Shown: positions 47,276 through 57,482 of the stretch, one piece after another
Numbering within the stretch: position 1 is the first letter of the stretch
Layout: each line of letters begins with the position of its first letter
From: Candidatus Bathyarchaeota archaeon
GTDB taxonomy: Archaea; Thermoproteota; Bathyarchaeia; 40CM-2-53-6
Direction of reading: 5' to 3'
Length of the DNA: 64,000 nucleotides
Assembly (NCBI GenBank): GCA_005888755.1
Contig: VBBQ01000028.1
Location: 78,040-142,039 of the forward strand
Program-made: the position numbers and the translations under genes
The notes under the pieces: generated by a model
Databases searched by the model: none
What the model saw: only the letters and a program-made list of their open reading frames with translations
What the model was told of the DNA's origin: nothing

Positions 47276-49612
47276 TTGAGACTTGACTTCTGGCTCTTAG
47301 ACCTCAACCATGAGGCTCACGAGGGCAGGTCAGCGATCTGGCTTTGGGGAGTCACGCATGACAACAAGCGAGTCCTAGTTATCGACCCCAACTTTCAGCC
47401 CTACTTCTATCTCCTACCCAAGAAAGACCAAGACATTAGTCAACTCAAGAAGAGGATTGAAACCGAGAAGCCTCATCCGTCGATTGAACGAGCGATCATT
47501 GAAAAGAGGAAACGTCTAGCTGAGAAGAGACAAGTTATCGAAATATTCTGCGAAGATCCTGATACATTGGAGAAATGCGCCAGAGAATGCGTAAAGCTGC
47601 TTGGCGTTGAGAGGAGTTTTGAGGAGAAGCTTCGTTATTCGATAAAGTATCAGAATGAGTTTGAGATCAGACCCTGCCAGTGGTACAGCGTCGAGGGATC
47701 AGAATCTGACATTGACCCGGGAAAGTATCACGTAGACAAAGTCCTTGACGCAAGCGGACACCCAACTTCTATCCCGAGGATAAATGCTCCTGAGCTAAGA
47801 GTCCTCTCCTTCGCTATCCTAGCCGTTAGTCCGACGGGCTCTCCAAGCCCGCTTCGGGACCCTCTGGGACTCGTTGCATGGAAAAATAGCGAAGGCCAAT
47901 CCGGCACCATCCAGTCAGAAAAGAATTCGGATGAAGAGATAATCGACGGATTATCGGAGATTTATCGGAAATTTGACCCTGACGTTGTCTTCTCGTTTGG
48001 CGGCAACACGTTCGATTGGCCCTATCTAATCAAGCGAGCTGAAAAGACCAAGGCGAAACTTTCCGTCGGAAGAGACGATGGTCCGGCCCGCCAGAGTCTC
48101 TACGGCCACTTCTCGCTAACGGGACGGGCAAACGTGGACCTGCTAGATTTCTCAGGAGACCTCTACGATGTGAAGATCAAGACTGTTGAGAATGTTGCGA
48201 GGTTTCTCGGAGTTGAAGCTGTGACTCCGACAATTGACGAGACCGAATACTACGATCAGTGGACTGGTCGTGATCGCCCAGGCTTAGAGGGACAGATGAA
48301 AGCCCACGCAGCCTCAATCTTCAATGTTGGAGAGGACGCGCTCGATTATACACTGCAGCTCTCCAATCTCTCAGCACTTCCACCAGACCAGGTCCTCGCT
48401 GCAGCTGTTGGTTTCAGAGTTGACAGCTACCTGATGATGGAAGCTCACAGACTCGGAGAGCTGATACCAGTTAGAGAAGAGCTCAATATCATTCCATACA
48501 AAGGGGCAATCGTCCTTGAGCCAAGCGTGGGACTGCACGACAGCGTTGCCGTTCTCGACTTCTCAGCCATGTATCCTAGCCTCATGGTCAAGTACAACAT
48601 CTCCCCGGACACGCTTGTCGATAAGGCAGGAGAGGATGTCTTTGAGGTCCCCGAGGTTGGTCATCACTTCCGAAAGAATCCTCCGGGACTCTACAAGATC
48701 GTTCTATCCCAGCTCATAGCGAGCCGTCAGGCAGCGAAGAGGGAAGCGGCTAGGACGCCGCGGGGAACTCCAGAGCACAAGATCCTGAAAGCGCGTGAAA
48801 AGGCCACCAAGGTCATCACCAACGCCACCTACGGGTACGCGGGCTGGGCCGGATCCAGATGGTACTCCAGAGAGGTTGCAGAATCCGCCGCCGCCCTCGG
48901 TCGCGACACCATCAACAAATCCATCAATCTCGCCAAGACCCTCGGGCTCAAAGTTCTCTACGGAGACACGGACAGCCTCTTCATCGAGTACAAGGAGAAA
49001 CTCGTCAACCAGTTCATCAAAGATATCGACAAGAACCTAGGACTCGAAATCAACCTAGGACAGTTGTACAAGAGAATCCTGTTCACAGAAGCCAAGAAGA
49101 AATATGCTGGACTAACGGACGATGGCGAACTTGACGTTGTCGGAATGGAGGCTATCAGAGGAGACTGGTCCAACCTTGCCAGGAATGTCCAGAACGAAGC
49201 TCTTAGACTGGTTCTAGAAGACGCGAATCCAACCAGGGCAAAATCCTACGTGACGAACCTGATCAAAGACCTGGAATCCGCAAAGGTCCCCAAGTCTTCC
49301 CTAGTGATATGGAAGACCCTCACCAAACGCCCAGATCAGTACGAAGTCAATGCGCCACATGTGGCAGTTGCCCGGAAAATGGCGAAAGAGGGATGGCCAG
49401 TCTCCGTAGGGGACAAAGTCGGCTTCATCATCACAAAGAGATCAGGCAAACTCTACCAGAAGGCAGAGCCCCACTTCAAAGTCTCACTTGATCAAGTTGA
49501 CTACGACTATTATGTACGCAATCAGATTGTGCCTGCCGCAGCTAGAGTTCTAGAAGTCTTTGGAATCGCGGAGAAAGACTTGTTCGGGACGAGCGGTCAG
49601 GTCAGCTTGTAA
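47276..49612 (+). CDS. polB: Family B DNA polymerase with degenerate Exo I motif (predicted exonuclease-deficient)
   Basis: 778 aa with a TTG start. Pol motifs intact: A is DFSAMYPSLM, B is KVITNATYGYAGW, C is VLYGDTDSLFI. The Exo I region PELRVLSFAILAVS aligns with Pfu PELKLLAFDIETLY (D to A, E to L). Exo II FGGNTFDWPYL keeps the FD. Confidence 0.9.
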   Translation: MRLDFWLLDLNHEAHEGRSAIWLWGVTHDNKRVLVIDPNFQPYFYLLPKKDQDISQLKKRIETEKPHPSIERAIIEKRKRLAEKRQVIEIFCEDPDTLEKCARECVKLLGVERSFEEKLRYSIKYQNEFEIRPCQWYSVEGSESDIDPGKYHVDKVLDASGHPTSIPRINAPELRVLSFAILAVSPTGSPSPLRDPLGLVAWKNSEGQSGTIQSEKNSDEEIIDGLSEIYRKFDPDVVFSFGGNTFDWPYLIKRAEKTKAKLSVGRDDGPARQSLYGHFSLTGRANVDLLDFSGDLYDVKIKTVENVARFLGVEAVTPTIDETEYYDQWTGRDRPGLEGQMKAHAASIFNVGEDALDYTLQLSNLSALPPDQVLAAAVGFRVDSYLMMEAHRLGELIPVREELNIIPYKGAIVLEPSVGLHDSVAVLDFSAMYPSLMVKYNISPDTLVDKAGEDVFEVPEVGHHFRKNPPGLYKIVLSQLIASRQAAKREAARTPRGTPEHKILKAREKATKVITNATYGYAGWAGSRWYSREVAESAAALGRDTINKSINLAKTLGLKVLYGDTDSLFIEYKEKLVNQFIKDIDKNLGLEINLGQLYKRILFTEAKKKYAGLTDDGELDVVGMEAIRGDWSNLARNVQNEALRLVLEDANPTRAKSYVTNLIKDLESAKVPKSSLVIWKTLTKRPDQYEVNAPHVAVARKMAKEGWPVSVGDKVGFIITKRSGKLYQKAEPHFKVSLDQVDYDYYVRNQIVPAAARVLEVFGIAEKDLFGTSGQVSL

Positions 49613-50879
49613 TCGTAGGACCTGGACTGAACGATGATAGATCGCTCAACGTCATAACGTTCACGTTTGGTGGTTTTTTGGCTCCATCGGATACTCTGTC
49701 GCCGATGACGATTCGGATGTTCTTGCCTGCGGCAATGTCCAACAGTCTCTGGGTGACTACCCCATCGAAGAGTACCAGGTGTGCGCCTTCGACGCCCGGA
49801 ATCTTTTCTGCCAGCTCGCTGACTGGCATTCTGCCTAGCTCTTTTCCGGCCTCGTCGAATATTACAGCCTCCAGAGTTCCTCGCAGGTCTTTCGCGACGT
49901 CAAACACTTGTGGTGCTAGGCTGGGTCTCGGGATAGGCGGCGCTTCAACGCGAGGTTCCGATGGACCGTACCCTCTTTCGTAGGGTCGCTCGTATCGTTC
50001 CTGTCTTTCCGGCCTTTCCTGGCGCACAAATTGTGGCCTCTCAGGCCTTTCGATTGGTCTAGCGAGATTGATAGGGACCCTTTCACGAAGAGCCTTCATT
50101 ATTTCCTTCGGAGTTAGCTCTTCGACTTCTTTCCCGAAGGACGCACGTGCTACGTAGTCAATGTCTGCGACCTGTTGTAGTTCTTTGAGAATGAGGTCTC
50201 CGGCCCTGTCTCCGTCGAGGAAGGCTGTGACTTCCTTGTCCTTCGTGAGTTTGATGATGGTGTCAGGAACCTTGGTCCCGTTGAGCGCGACCACGTTCTT
50301 GATCCCGACCTTCATGAGGAGAATGACGTCTGCTCTGCCTTCAACCACTATCAGTGAGCCGCTCTCGACCTCTGGGCCCGCAGGCAGCTTCTCGGGACCA
50401 TACTCGATAAGATCGACTCCTCGTAGGGACGATGCAACTTCCTTGACGACCTCTTCTGTGCTTGGGGATGATTCGACAACCCATTTGCGGAGAATATCCT
50501 TCGCTTTGGTCAGGATAGCGTTTCTTTTCTCTTCGCGGACATCTTCGACTTTTTCCAGCGTGATCTTGGCTTCACAGGGGCCGATTCTGTCGACGCTCTC
50601 GATAGCTGCTGCGATAATTGCCGTTGAGACTTTGTCTAGGCTTGAGGGTATTACGATGGATCCTGTTGTCTTGTCGCGTTTGGAATCGAGGTTGATCTCG
50701 ATTCGTCCTATTCTCCCTGATTTTTGTAGTTCTCTAAGGTCTAGATCCGGTCCGAAGAGTCCTTCGGTCTGCCCGAAAACTGCACCAACAACGTCTGGTT
50801 TCTCGACGACACCTTGGACGTCGAAGTGTGCTTTTACTATGTATTTTGTAGTCGTAGCGTACTGAGACTGTTCAACCAT
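49602..50879 (-). CDS. dnaG: Archaeal DNA primase DnaG (Toprim)
   Basis: 425 aa. VGAVFGQTEGLFGP N-terminal signature. Toprim IVVEGRADV...LDGDRAGD. Confidence 0.85.
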   Translation of the reverse strand: MVEQSQYATTTKYIVKAHFDVQGVVEKPDVVGAVFGQTEGLFGPDLDLRELQKSGRIGRIEINLDSKRDKTTGSIVIPSSLDKVSTAIIAAAIESVDRIGPCEAKITLEKVEDVREEKRNAILTKAKDILRKWVVESSPSTEEVVKEVASSLRGVDLIEYGPEKLPAGPEVESGSLIVVEGRADVILLMKVGIKNVVALNGTKVPDTIIKLTKDKEVTAFLDGDRAGDLILKELQQVADIDYVARASFGKEVEELTPKEIMKALRERVPINLARPIERPERPQFVRQERPERQERYERPYERGYGPSEPRVEAPPIPRPSLAPQVFDVAKDLRGTLEAVIFDEAGKELGRMPVSELAEKIPGVEGAHLVLFDGVVTQRLLDIAAGKNIRIVIGDRVSDGAKKPPNVNVMTLSDLSSFSPGPTITS

Positions 50880-51287
50880 GAAAGTTTAACCTCCAAAATT
50901 CATTACCTTCTATCTGATACCTTCTCTTTTCGATTTGTAAGCGGTAAAGCTTGAGAGCGTAAAGGGTCCAGCCCTAGTATTAAAGCCCGTCTCCAGAACC
51001 ACGACCATGAGTATTGCTAGTTATGTCTAAAGCGTCCATCCGAACATAGACTGTTACGGCACTACGGCCGATCTCTACAAAGATCAAGCATCCTTTGGAA
51101 GCGGGTGATTAATCGCAACGAAAATATCACGAGCAGAAAAACAACGAAAACCAACAAGCCATACATCTCAGCAAAAAGTGTCAGCGCGCCAACCGAACAT
51201 GATACCAACTAGTAACATTGCAACCGCAAGGGAAAGCACCATCGGTGGCTGAACCCAGAATGTAACCCGTCTTCCTGCTCGTTCACT

Positions 51288-51641
51288 CTACTGTCCGCGC
51301 AACCTGTATAATTCGCTCCTCATAGTCGTCTTATTCAATAACTGAGAAGTGGCAAACGCATTAACGACAGCGTGCTCAAACAGCTTCACCTTATGACTCC
51401 TAAGAAATGTCTCATATTCCTCCAACCCATAGTGCATTAAGACGCCTGACAAACTCCCGTACAATACAACTCGAAACATAGAATATGCAACCGCGGCTGC
51501 TATCGCAAGCGCTCCAAGCTGGAGGGACCACCGAGGACCTACGCCTACTATTGATTCGCGGACTTGAATCAGGGTGAAAAATGTGACAATAAACCCGACT
51601 ATCATACTAAACCCGACTATCATACTCGCGTGCGACGTCAA
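51288..51641 (-). CDS. Small membrane protein, hypothetical
   Basis: 117 aa with an internal MIVGFSMIVGF duplication. Confidence 0.3.
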   Translation of the reverse strand: MTSHASMIVGFSMIVGFIVTFFTLIQVRESIVGVGPRWSLQLGALAIAAAVAYSMFRVVLYGSLSGVLMHYGLEEYETFLRSHKVKLFEHAVVNAFATSQLLNKTTMRSELYRLRGQ

Positions 51642-51893
51642 CTGAGAACCATAGAACGAAAGTACGCTAGAAACTACTTCCCTGAAAGACTACTCCTGAT
51701 CCGGCATGAAACTTAGCCTCCGAAATCCGCATGAAAAACCAGATCTTCGCTAGGAGGAACATAGATCGCCTCAACAAAGGCGGGTAGAGATCCTTCGAGA
51801 TTGCTAGGCTAACCATGTTGTAGAAGATACGCGGGTAAAGTAGGGTTATGTCTAAAAGAAACCATTCTCGAACCTTGAGCCAGATCGATTGCA

Positions 51894-52931
51894 ATGCCTA
51901 AGCAAATTGCTAAGGTTGGAGTGAACGGGTTCGGTGTCATCGGCAAGCGTGTCGCCGAGGCCTTGTCGAAGCAGAAGGACATGAAACTAATCGGCGTCTC
52001 TGACGTCGTCGCGGATTATCGTGTGAAGATGGGGCAGAAGAAGAATTTCGCGATATACAGCTCCATTCCCGAGAGACTTCCCGATATGAAAAAGGCGGGA
52101 ATAGAGGTTTCAGGAGTTCTAGAGGACCTGATCAAAAAGGTCGACGTTATGATCGACTGCACCCCAGCAGGACTGGGAGCGAAGAACAAAGCACTCTACG
52201 ACAAGCTCGGGGTCAAGTCGGTCTTCCAGGGCGGTGAGAAACACGAGCTTACAGGATCATCGTTCGTTGCCCAGTGCAACTACGCTGAGAATCTGAACAA
52301 GAACGCCACCCGGGTTGTGAGCTGCAACACGACCGGAATCTGCAGAACCATCGGAGCACTCCAGAATGGGATTGGTGTGAGAAAAGCGAGAGTTGTCGTG
52401 TTCCGGAGGGGAACAGACCCGTGGGAGAGCCACAAGAACGGACTCATCAATACTGTGGTCCCGGAGGCTCATATTCCGTCTCATCAGGGACCTGACGCGC
52501 AAACAGTCCTTCCCAAATTAGACATCACAACAATGGCCGCGAAAGGACCCTTCAACATCGGCCACCTCCACTTCGCTATGGTCCAGCTGAAGAACAACCC
52601 GGAGAGGAAGGATGTCCTGAAGGTCTTGAAGAACGCGCCTAGGCTCGCTGCTGTCCGGACGACTGATGGAGTTGACAGCATGAACGCTGTAGCTGAGATG
52701 ATGCGAGACATGCTTAGAGCTAGGGCTGACATGTGGGAGGTAGCCTACTGGGAAGACATACTCAACGTCACTGATGGTGAAGCGAACATGGTCTACCAAG
52801 TCCACAACGAGAGCGTTGTCGTTCCAGAGAACGTTGACGCCGTAAGGGCGCTTACTGGCCTGGAGACTGAAGGCAAGAGATCGATTGCCAAGACGGACGA
52901 GGCCCTCGGGATCACTAACAAGTTCCTCTAA
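51894..52931 (+). CDS. gap: Glyceraldehyde-3-phosphate dehydrogenase, archaeal type II
   Basis: 345 aa. KVGVNGFGVIGKRVAEAL Rossmann start. SCNTTG active-site context typical of archaeal GAPDH. Confidence 0.9.
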   Translation: MPKQIAKVGVNGFGVIGKRVAEALSKQKDMKLIGVSDVVADYRVKMGQKKNFAIYSSIPERLPDMKKAGIEVSGVLEDLIKKVDVMIDCTPAGLGAKNKALYDKLGVKSVFQGGEKHELTGSSFVAQCNYAENLNKNATRVVSCNTTGICRTIGALQNGIGVRKARVVVFRRGTDPWESHKNGLINTVVPEAHIPSHQGPDAQTVLPKLDITTMAAKGPFNIGHLHFAMVQLKNNPERKDVLKVLKNAPRLAAVRTTDGVDSMNAVAEMMRDMLRARADMWEVAYWEDILNVTDGEANMVYQVHNESVVVPENVDAVRALTGLETEGKRSIAKTDEALGITNKFL

Positions 52932-53068
52932 ACGGATACAAACCGAAGACTCAGCAGGGCACAACCGCAGAGCGCCTCATTCATTGGCCAACTGAAAACA
53001 AACTTTCTCGTTTTCAAATCAAATATAGCGGTTGGAGTGCTGACCGGTGTTTCTAGCCTCGGAGACCG

Positions 53069-54583
53069 TTGCAAGTGGATTTGCGCGAAAACGACGTAAA
53101 GGTTCTGAGAACTCTCCGCGACGTCGGCGGGACGGCTTCTGTCGAAGAGGTTGCCCGAAGAACGGGGCTAGCCGATGCCGCGATTGCCCGCTCCTCACTC
53201 ACTCTATCAGAGCAGGGCCTGGTCAAGGAGCAGACAACAAGAACGACTGAGGTGTTTTGCACTGAAGAAGGACATGACTACCTTGCGAATGGACTGCCCG
53301 AACGAAGGGTGGCAACGGTGGTCCACGACGCCGGGGGAAAACTCTCGGTCAGCGACGCTGTTGAGCAAGCGGGGCTACCAACCGATTTTGTCTCGATAGT
53401 TACTGGCTGGATTGCCCGCAAAGGCTGGGGAAAAATCGAGAAAACAAGCTCAGGCAATATTCTAGTGATCTCGAAGAATCCACCCAAAGACGAGGATGAA
53501 GAGGTTCTAGCTAGAATCGGCCAGGTCAGTATTCCAATAGAAGAACTGCCTCCTAACTTGAAACAGGCCGTCGATAGGCTCCTCAAAAGAAACATTCTGG
53601 CGTCGAAGGAGAGAACGCAGCGGAAGCTAGAGATCACTCCTCATGGGTCGAACACGATTCCCACTCAAGCTCCTGTAGATGAGGTCAGCGGTCTAACGAG
53701 CGAGATGATTCTCTCCGGTGACTGGGAAAAGATTCGTCTTCGAGCATACAATGTTTCTTCTCCCGTCCCTTCACTCAATCCTGGAAAATATCATCCGTAC
53801 CTGCGATTCCTGCGAATGGTCAAACGGAAACTCGTCACCTTAGGCTTCAAGGAGGCTGTTGGGCCTCTCGTCGAGACCGCTTTCATCAACGACGACTGCC
53901 TCTACATGCCACAAGATCATCCAGCAAGAGAGATCCACGATCTCTACTATCTGAAACACCCGTCAAAAGCGAGCTTGGAACCATGGAAGGACATATTGGA
54001 GAAGGTATCTCAGACGCATGAGAACGGGTGGAAAACAGGGTCCACGGGCTGGGGCTACAAGTATTCGAAAGAAGAAGCTTCCAAGCTAGTCCTCCGCAGC
54101 CACGGAACAGCCCTAAGCGTCCGATCGATGATCTCGAAGGACCTTCAGATCCCAGGCAAATATTTCGCGATTGCACGCTGTTTCCGCCCGGAACTCCTCG
54201 ATAGAACACATCTAACAGAGTTTAACCAGGCAGAGGGGATTGTTCTCGATCCCAGCCTCAGCCTACGCAATCTACTCGGGGTCTTGGAGATGTTCGCCCG
54301 CGAGGTCGCAGGGGCGGACAAGGTCCGATTCAAGCCAGATTATTTCCCCTTCACCGAACCGAGCGTGGAACTGCAAGCCTACAAGGAAGGATACGGATGG
54401 ATGGAATTCGGCGGAAGCGGGATATTCAGACCCGAGGTCACCGAACCCCTCGGCATCAAAGTGCCCGTGATCGCGTGGGGTCTCGGAATTGACAGGCTCT
54501 ACATGATGAACCAGCAGATCCAAGACATCAGACAACTCTTCACGACAGACCTCGAATGGATAAGACAGCAGAAGGTAGGCTAG
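53069..54583 (+). CDS. pheS: Phenylalanine--tRNA ligase alpha subunit
   Basis: 504 aa with a TTG start. Class II motifs (FRPE..., FNQAEGIVLD, GSGIFRPEV, GLGIDRLYM). Confidence 0.9.
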   Translation: MQVDLRENDVKVLRTLRDVGGTASVEEVARRTGLADAAIARSSLTLSEQGLVKEQTTRTTEVFCTEEGHDYLANGLPERRVATVVHDAGGKLSVSDAVEQAGLPTDFVSIVTGWIARKGWGKIEKTSSGNILVISKNPPKDEDEEVLARIGQVSIPIEELPPNLKQAVDRLLKRNILASKERTQRKLEITPHGSNTIPTQAPVDEVSGLTSEMILSGDWEKIRLRAYNVSSPVPSLNPGKYHPYLRFLRMVKRKLVTLGFKEAVGPLVETAFINDDCLYMPQDHPAREIHDLYYLKHPSKASLEPWKDILEKVSQTHENGWKTGSTGWGYKYSKEEASKLVLRSHGTALSVRSMISKDLQIPGKYFAIARCFRPELLDRTHLTEFNQAEGIVLDPSLSLRNLLGVLEMFAREVAGADKVRFKPDYFPFTEPSVELQAYKEGYGWMEFGGSGIFRPEVTEPLGIKVPVIAWGLGIDRLYMMNQQIQDIRQLFTTDLEWIRQQKVG

Positions 54584-54668
54584 AACGCCCTCAGTCCAGT
54601 TCTCCCTAAGAGATCTAGAGGATCTTCTAGGACAGAAGGTTCCTCGGGACGAGGACGGGCTCAACCAG

Positions 54669-56270
54669 ATGCTCGCCTATGTCAAAGGCGACGTGGAATC
54701 TCTTGACGAACAGAACGATGGCGTCAGCATCGAAGTCAAAGACAGCAACCATCCGGACATCTGGTCGGTCGAGGGAATAGCACGCGCCCTTAGAACTCAT
54801 CTCGGTATCGCTAAGCCCAAGGCTCCAATACTCTCCGGAAAATCTGGTCTGACAGTTACAGTGGACCGTAGACTGGGGCCAATCCGGCCCTTCATCGCCA
54901 CATCCATTGTGAGAAACGTCAAGCCCAGCGAAAACGCTCTGAAGAGCTGGATAAGCCTACAAGAGAAAATGGACCTAACGTATGGAAGGAAGAGGAAACG
55001 AGCGTCCATCGGGTTTTACCAAGCCGACCTGATCAAGTCACCTCTTCGCTATACCGTTGGCGACCCTGACGACGCGGCCTTCGTCCCGTTAGGCTCGACC
55101 GAGAAGATGACCCTTCGAGAGATTGTAGAGAAGCACCCTAAGGGATTAGAATATGGCACAATAATCTCATCATTCAAAGAATGGCCAGTGCTAACAGATG
55201 GAGAGGGCAAAATTCTCTCTCTCCCCCCGATCATCAACTCCAACGACCTAGGCAAAGTCAGCACAGACACCAAGAATATCCTTGTAGAAGTTACAGGGAC
55301 GAATGCCACCACCGTAGGCAACACTCTGAAGATAGTGGTGGCCGCCCTCGCCGAGAGAGGAGGCAAGGTCTACAGCAGCACTCAGACATACGCCGACAAG
55401 GGCGCCAAGCCGGTAATTACGCCGGACCTGAAATCTAGCTTCAAGGAATTGTCAGTCAGGTACGCTAACAGACTACTTGGAGCCGAGTTCAAACCAGCGG
55501 AGATGATACGAGCGTTTGTTAGAGCCGGCCATCCCGCTCGACAAGTGAGTAAAGACATACTGCGAGTGGAGAGCCTCTGCTACCGCATAGACATCATGCA
55601 CCAAGTCGATCTAGTTGAAGACTTAGCGATCGCGCTAGACATTAACCAACTAGATCCTGAATGGCCGAGAATCTGGACCCTCGGAGGACTCGCACCCGAA
55701 ACGGAAAGAAATGAGACCCTTGCAGAGGTCATGATCGGGTTAGGGTACCAGGAGCTCCTGACCTACAGTCTCACATCGCCAGAAGTCTTCATTGACAAGA
55801 TGGGCATAGAGCATGAAAATTACGCAGAACTTCTGAATCCGAAAATGTCAACCCACACCGCGATGAGAAGCTGGCTTCTGCCAAGCATTCTCAACTTGCT
55901 CAAGGACAATACTCATGTCGATTATCCTCAGAGAGTGTTCGAAATTGGACCATGCGTTCTTGTCAAAGAAAATGGAGAGGGTCGGACTGAAACTCGATAC
56001 AAGATCGCCGCGGTGACAATTCACACGGCAGCCGGTTTCACCGAGATCCGATCATGCCTCGATACACTCCTTGCCAGCATCGAGCTCCAGTTCCAGGTCG
56101 TACCTACCACCCAGCCAAGCTTTCTCGAGGGACGAACCGGCGAGGTGATGTCAGGGCAAAAGCGAATTGGAGTAGTTGGCGAATTACATCCTAAGATAAT
56201 ACGCGCATGGGGCCTTAGCCTTCCTGTAGCAGCGTTCGAACTGGAGATTCCACCGACGGCGGTTGCCTAG
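54669..56270 (+). CDS. pheT: Phenylalanine--tRNA ligase beta subunit (conserved N-terminus begins at about 54585, lacking a canonical start)
   Basis: B3/4 and B5 domain pattern (HPDIWSVEGIARALR...). The upstream in-frame segment TPSVQFSLRDLEDLLGQKV aligns with the PheT N-terminus (MPT..DLERLLGK). Confidence 0.9.
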   Translation: MLAYVKGDVESLDEQNDGVSIEVKDSNHPDIWSVEGIARALRTHLGIAKPKAPILSGKSGLTVTVDRRLGPIRPFIATSIVRNVKPSENALKSWISLQEKMDLTYGRKRKRASIGFYQADLIKSPLRYTVGDPDDAAFVPLGSTEKMTLREIVEKHPKGLEYGTIISSFKEWPVLTDGEGKILSLPPIINSNDLGKVSTDTKNILVEVTGTNATTVGNTLKIVVAALAERGGKVYSSTQTYADKGAKPVITPDLKSSFKELSVRYANRLLGAEFKPAEMIRAFVRAGHPARQVSKDILRVESLCYRIDIMHQVDLVEDLAIALDINQLDPEWPRIWTLGGLAPETERNETLAEVMIGLGYQELLTYSLTSPEVFIDKMGIEHENYAELLNPKMSTHTAMRSWLLPSILNLLKDNTHVDYPQRVFEIGPCVLVKENGEGRTETRYKIAAVTIHTAAGFTEIRSCLDTLLASIELQFQVVPTTQPSFLEGRTGEVMSGQKRIGVVGELHPKIIRAWGLSLPVAAFELEIPPTAVA

Positions 56271-56273
56271 GAA

Positions 56274-57428
56274 ATGGTTGAAGAAAGGTTCGTTGTGACA
56301 CCATGGGAAGTGACGGGCGCTGTTGACTATGACCGACTCATTCGGGACTTCGGAACCCAACCACTAGCCGGCCCGCTCGCCAAGAAACTGGAAGAGATAC
56401 TTGGAGACGCTGCCTACCTTATCCGCCGGCACATCTTCTTCTCACACCGCGACCTCAACCTCGTACTCGACGACTACTCGAAGGGCAAGGGGCTATTCCT
56501 GTATACGGGTCGTGGACCCAGCGGACCCATGCATATTGGCCACATACTCAGCTTCTATTTCACCAAGTGGCTCCAAGACAAATTTCACACAAATGTCTAC
56601 ATCCAGATAACCGACGACGAAAAATTCCTCGAAGAGAAGCGGAACCTATCCTATGAAGACGCCCAGCGATGGGCAGTTGACAATATTCTGGAAATTGCCG
56701 CAGTAGGCTTCGATCCAGATCGGACTTTCATACTTCAAGACACCGAGTTCATCGGTCAAGCATATCCACTAATCCTGAAGATAGCCCGCCGGGTTAATTT
56801 CAGCACCGCCAAGTCAGTGTTCGGCTTCACCGGCGAGACAAACATCGGTTTCTCCTTCTACCCATCTATCCAGATCCTTCCAAGTCTACTCGAGAAACGG
56901 CGCTGCCTCATTCCTTCGGCCATAGACCAGGACCCGTACTGGAGGATACAACGGGACATTGCGGAGTCGATGGGGTACTACAAGGCGGCTGCTGTCCACA
57001 GCAAGTTCCTTCCCCCGCTTACAGGGATGAAGGATAAGATGAGCTCTTCAAAGCCTGAGACTGCAATCTACCTCAGCGATGATGACAAGACGGTGCGAAA
57101 CAAAGTGTACCGTTACGCCTTCTCCGGTGGACAAGCGACAAAAGAGGAGCATCGGAAGAAAGGCGGAGACCCCGACGTCGATGTTCCTTTCCAGTGGCTC
57201 TACATGTTCTTCGAACCCGATGATAAGCGGATAGAGCAGATACGTGCCGAGTACAAGAGCGGCCGGATGCTCACAGGAGACTTGAAGGACATACTCATCG
57301 AGAAGGTGTCAACATTTCTCAGCGAACACAGGCAAAGGAGAGTGAAAGCTCGCGATTTGGTGCATTTGTACAAGAGAGACGGGACATTAGCACGGGAAAT
57401 GTGGAAGCGTGACTTCAGTAAGGCGTAG
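56274..57428 (+). CDS. trpS: Tryptophan--tRNA ligase (archaeal/eukaryotic type)
   Basis: 384 aa. TGRGPSGPMHIGHILSFYFTKWLQDKF aligns closely with eukaryotic TrpRS (HVGH, FTKWLQD). KMSSSKP is the KMSKS motif. Confidence 0.88.
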   Translation: MVEERFVVTPWEVTGAVDYDRLIRDFGTQPLAGPLAKKLEEILGDAAYLIRRHIFFSHRDLNLVLDDYSKGKGLFLYTGRGPSGPMHIGHILSFYFTKWLQDKFHTNVYIQITDDEKFLEEKRNLSYEDAQRWAVDNILEIAAVGFDPDRTFILQDTEFIGQAYPLILKIARRVNFSTAKSVFGFTGETNIGFSFYPSIQILPSLLEKRRCLIPSAIDQDPYWRIQRDIAESMGYYKAAAVHSKFLPPLTGMKDKMSSSKPETAIYLSDDDKTVRNKVYRYAFSGGQATKEEHRKKGGDPDVDVPFQWLYMFFEPDDKRIEQIRAEYKSGRMLTGDLKDILIEKVSTFLSEHRQRRVKARDLVHLYKRDGTLAREMWKRDFSKA

Positions 57429-57482
57429 TTCATACGTCAGTGACACCCAACTGCCATGATAGACAGGCCAAGCGTGGAATAA

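Noticed and set aside
48795-49173. ORFs 48795..49040, 48859..49134 (+) and 48958..49173 (-) inside polB
   Set aside because: Alternative-frame Pro/Arg/Ser-rich translations within a well-supported family-B polymerase frame.
49678-50865. Plus-strand ORFs 49678..49983 and 50161..50865
   Set aside because: Antisense to dnaG, Ser/Thr-rich, no motifs.
53175-54664. ORFs 53175..53399, 53278..53637, 53886..54209, 54145..54333, 54240..54470, 54272..54664 around pheS
   Set aside because: Alternative-frame or antisense ORFs within the pheS coding region. pheS has unambiguous class II synthetase motifs.
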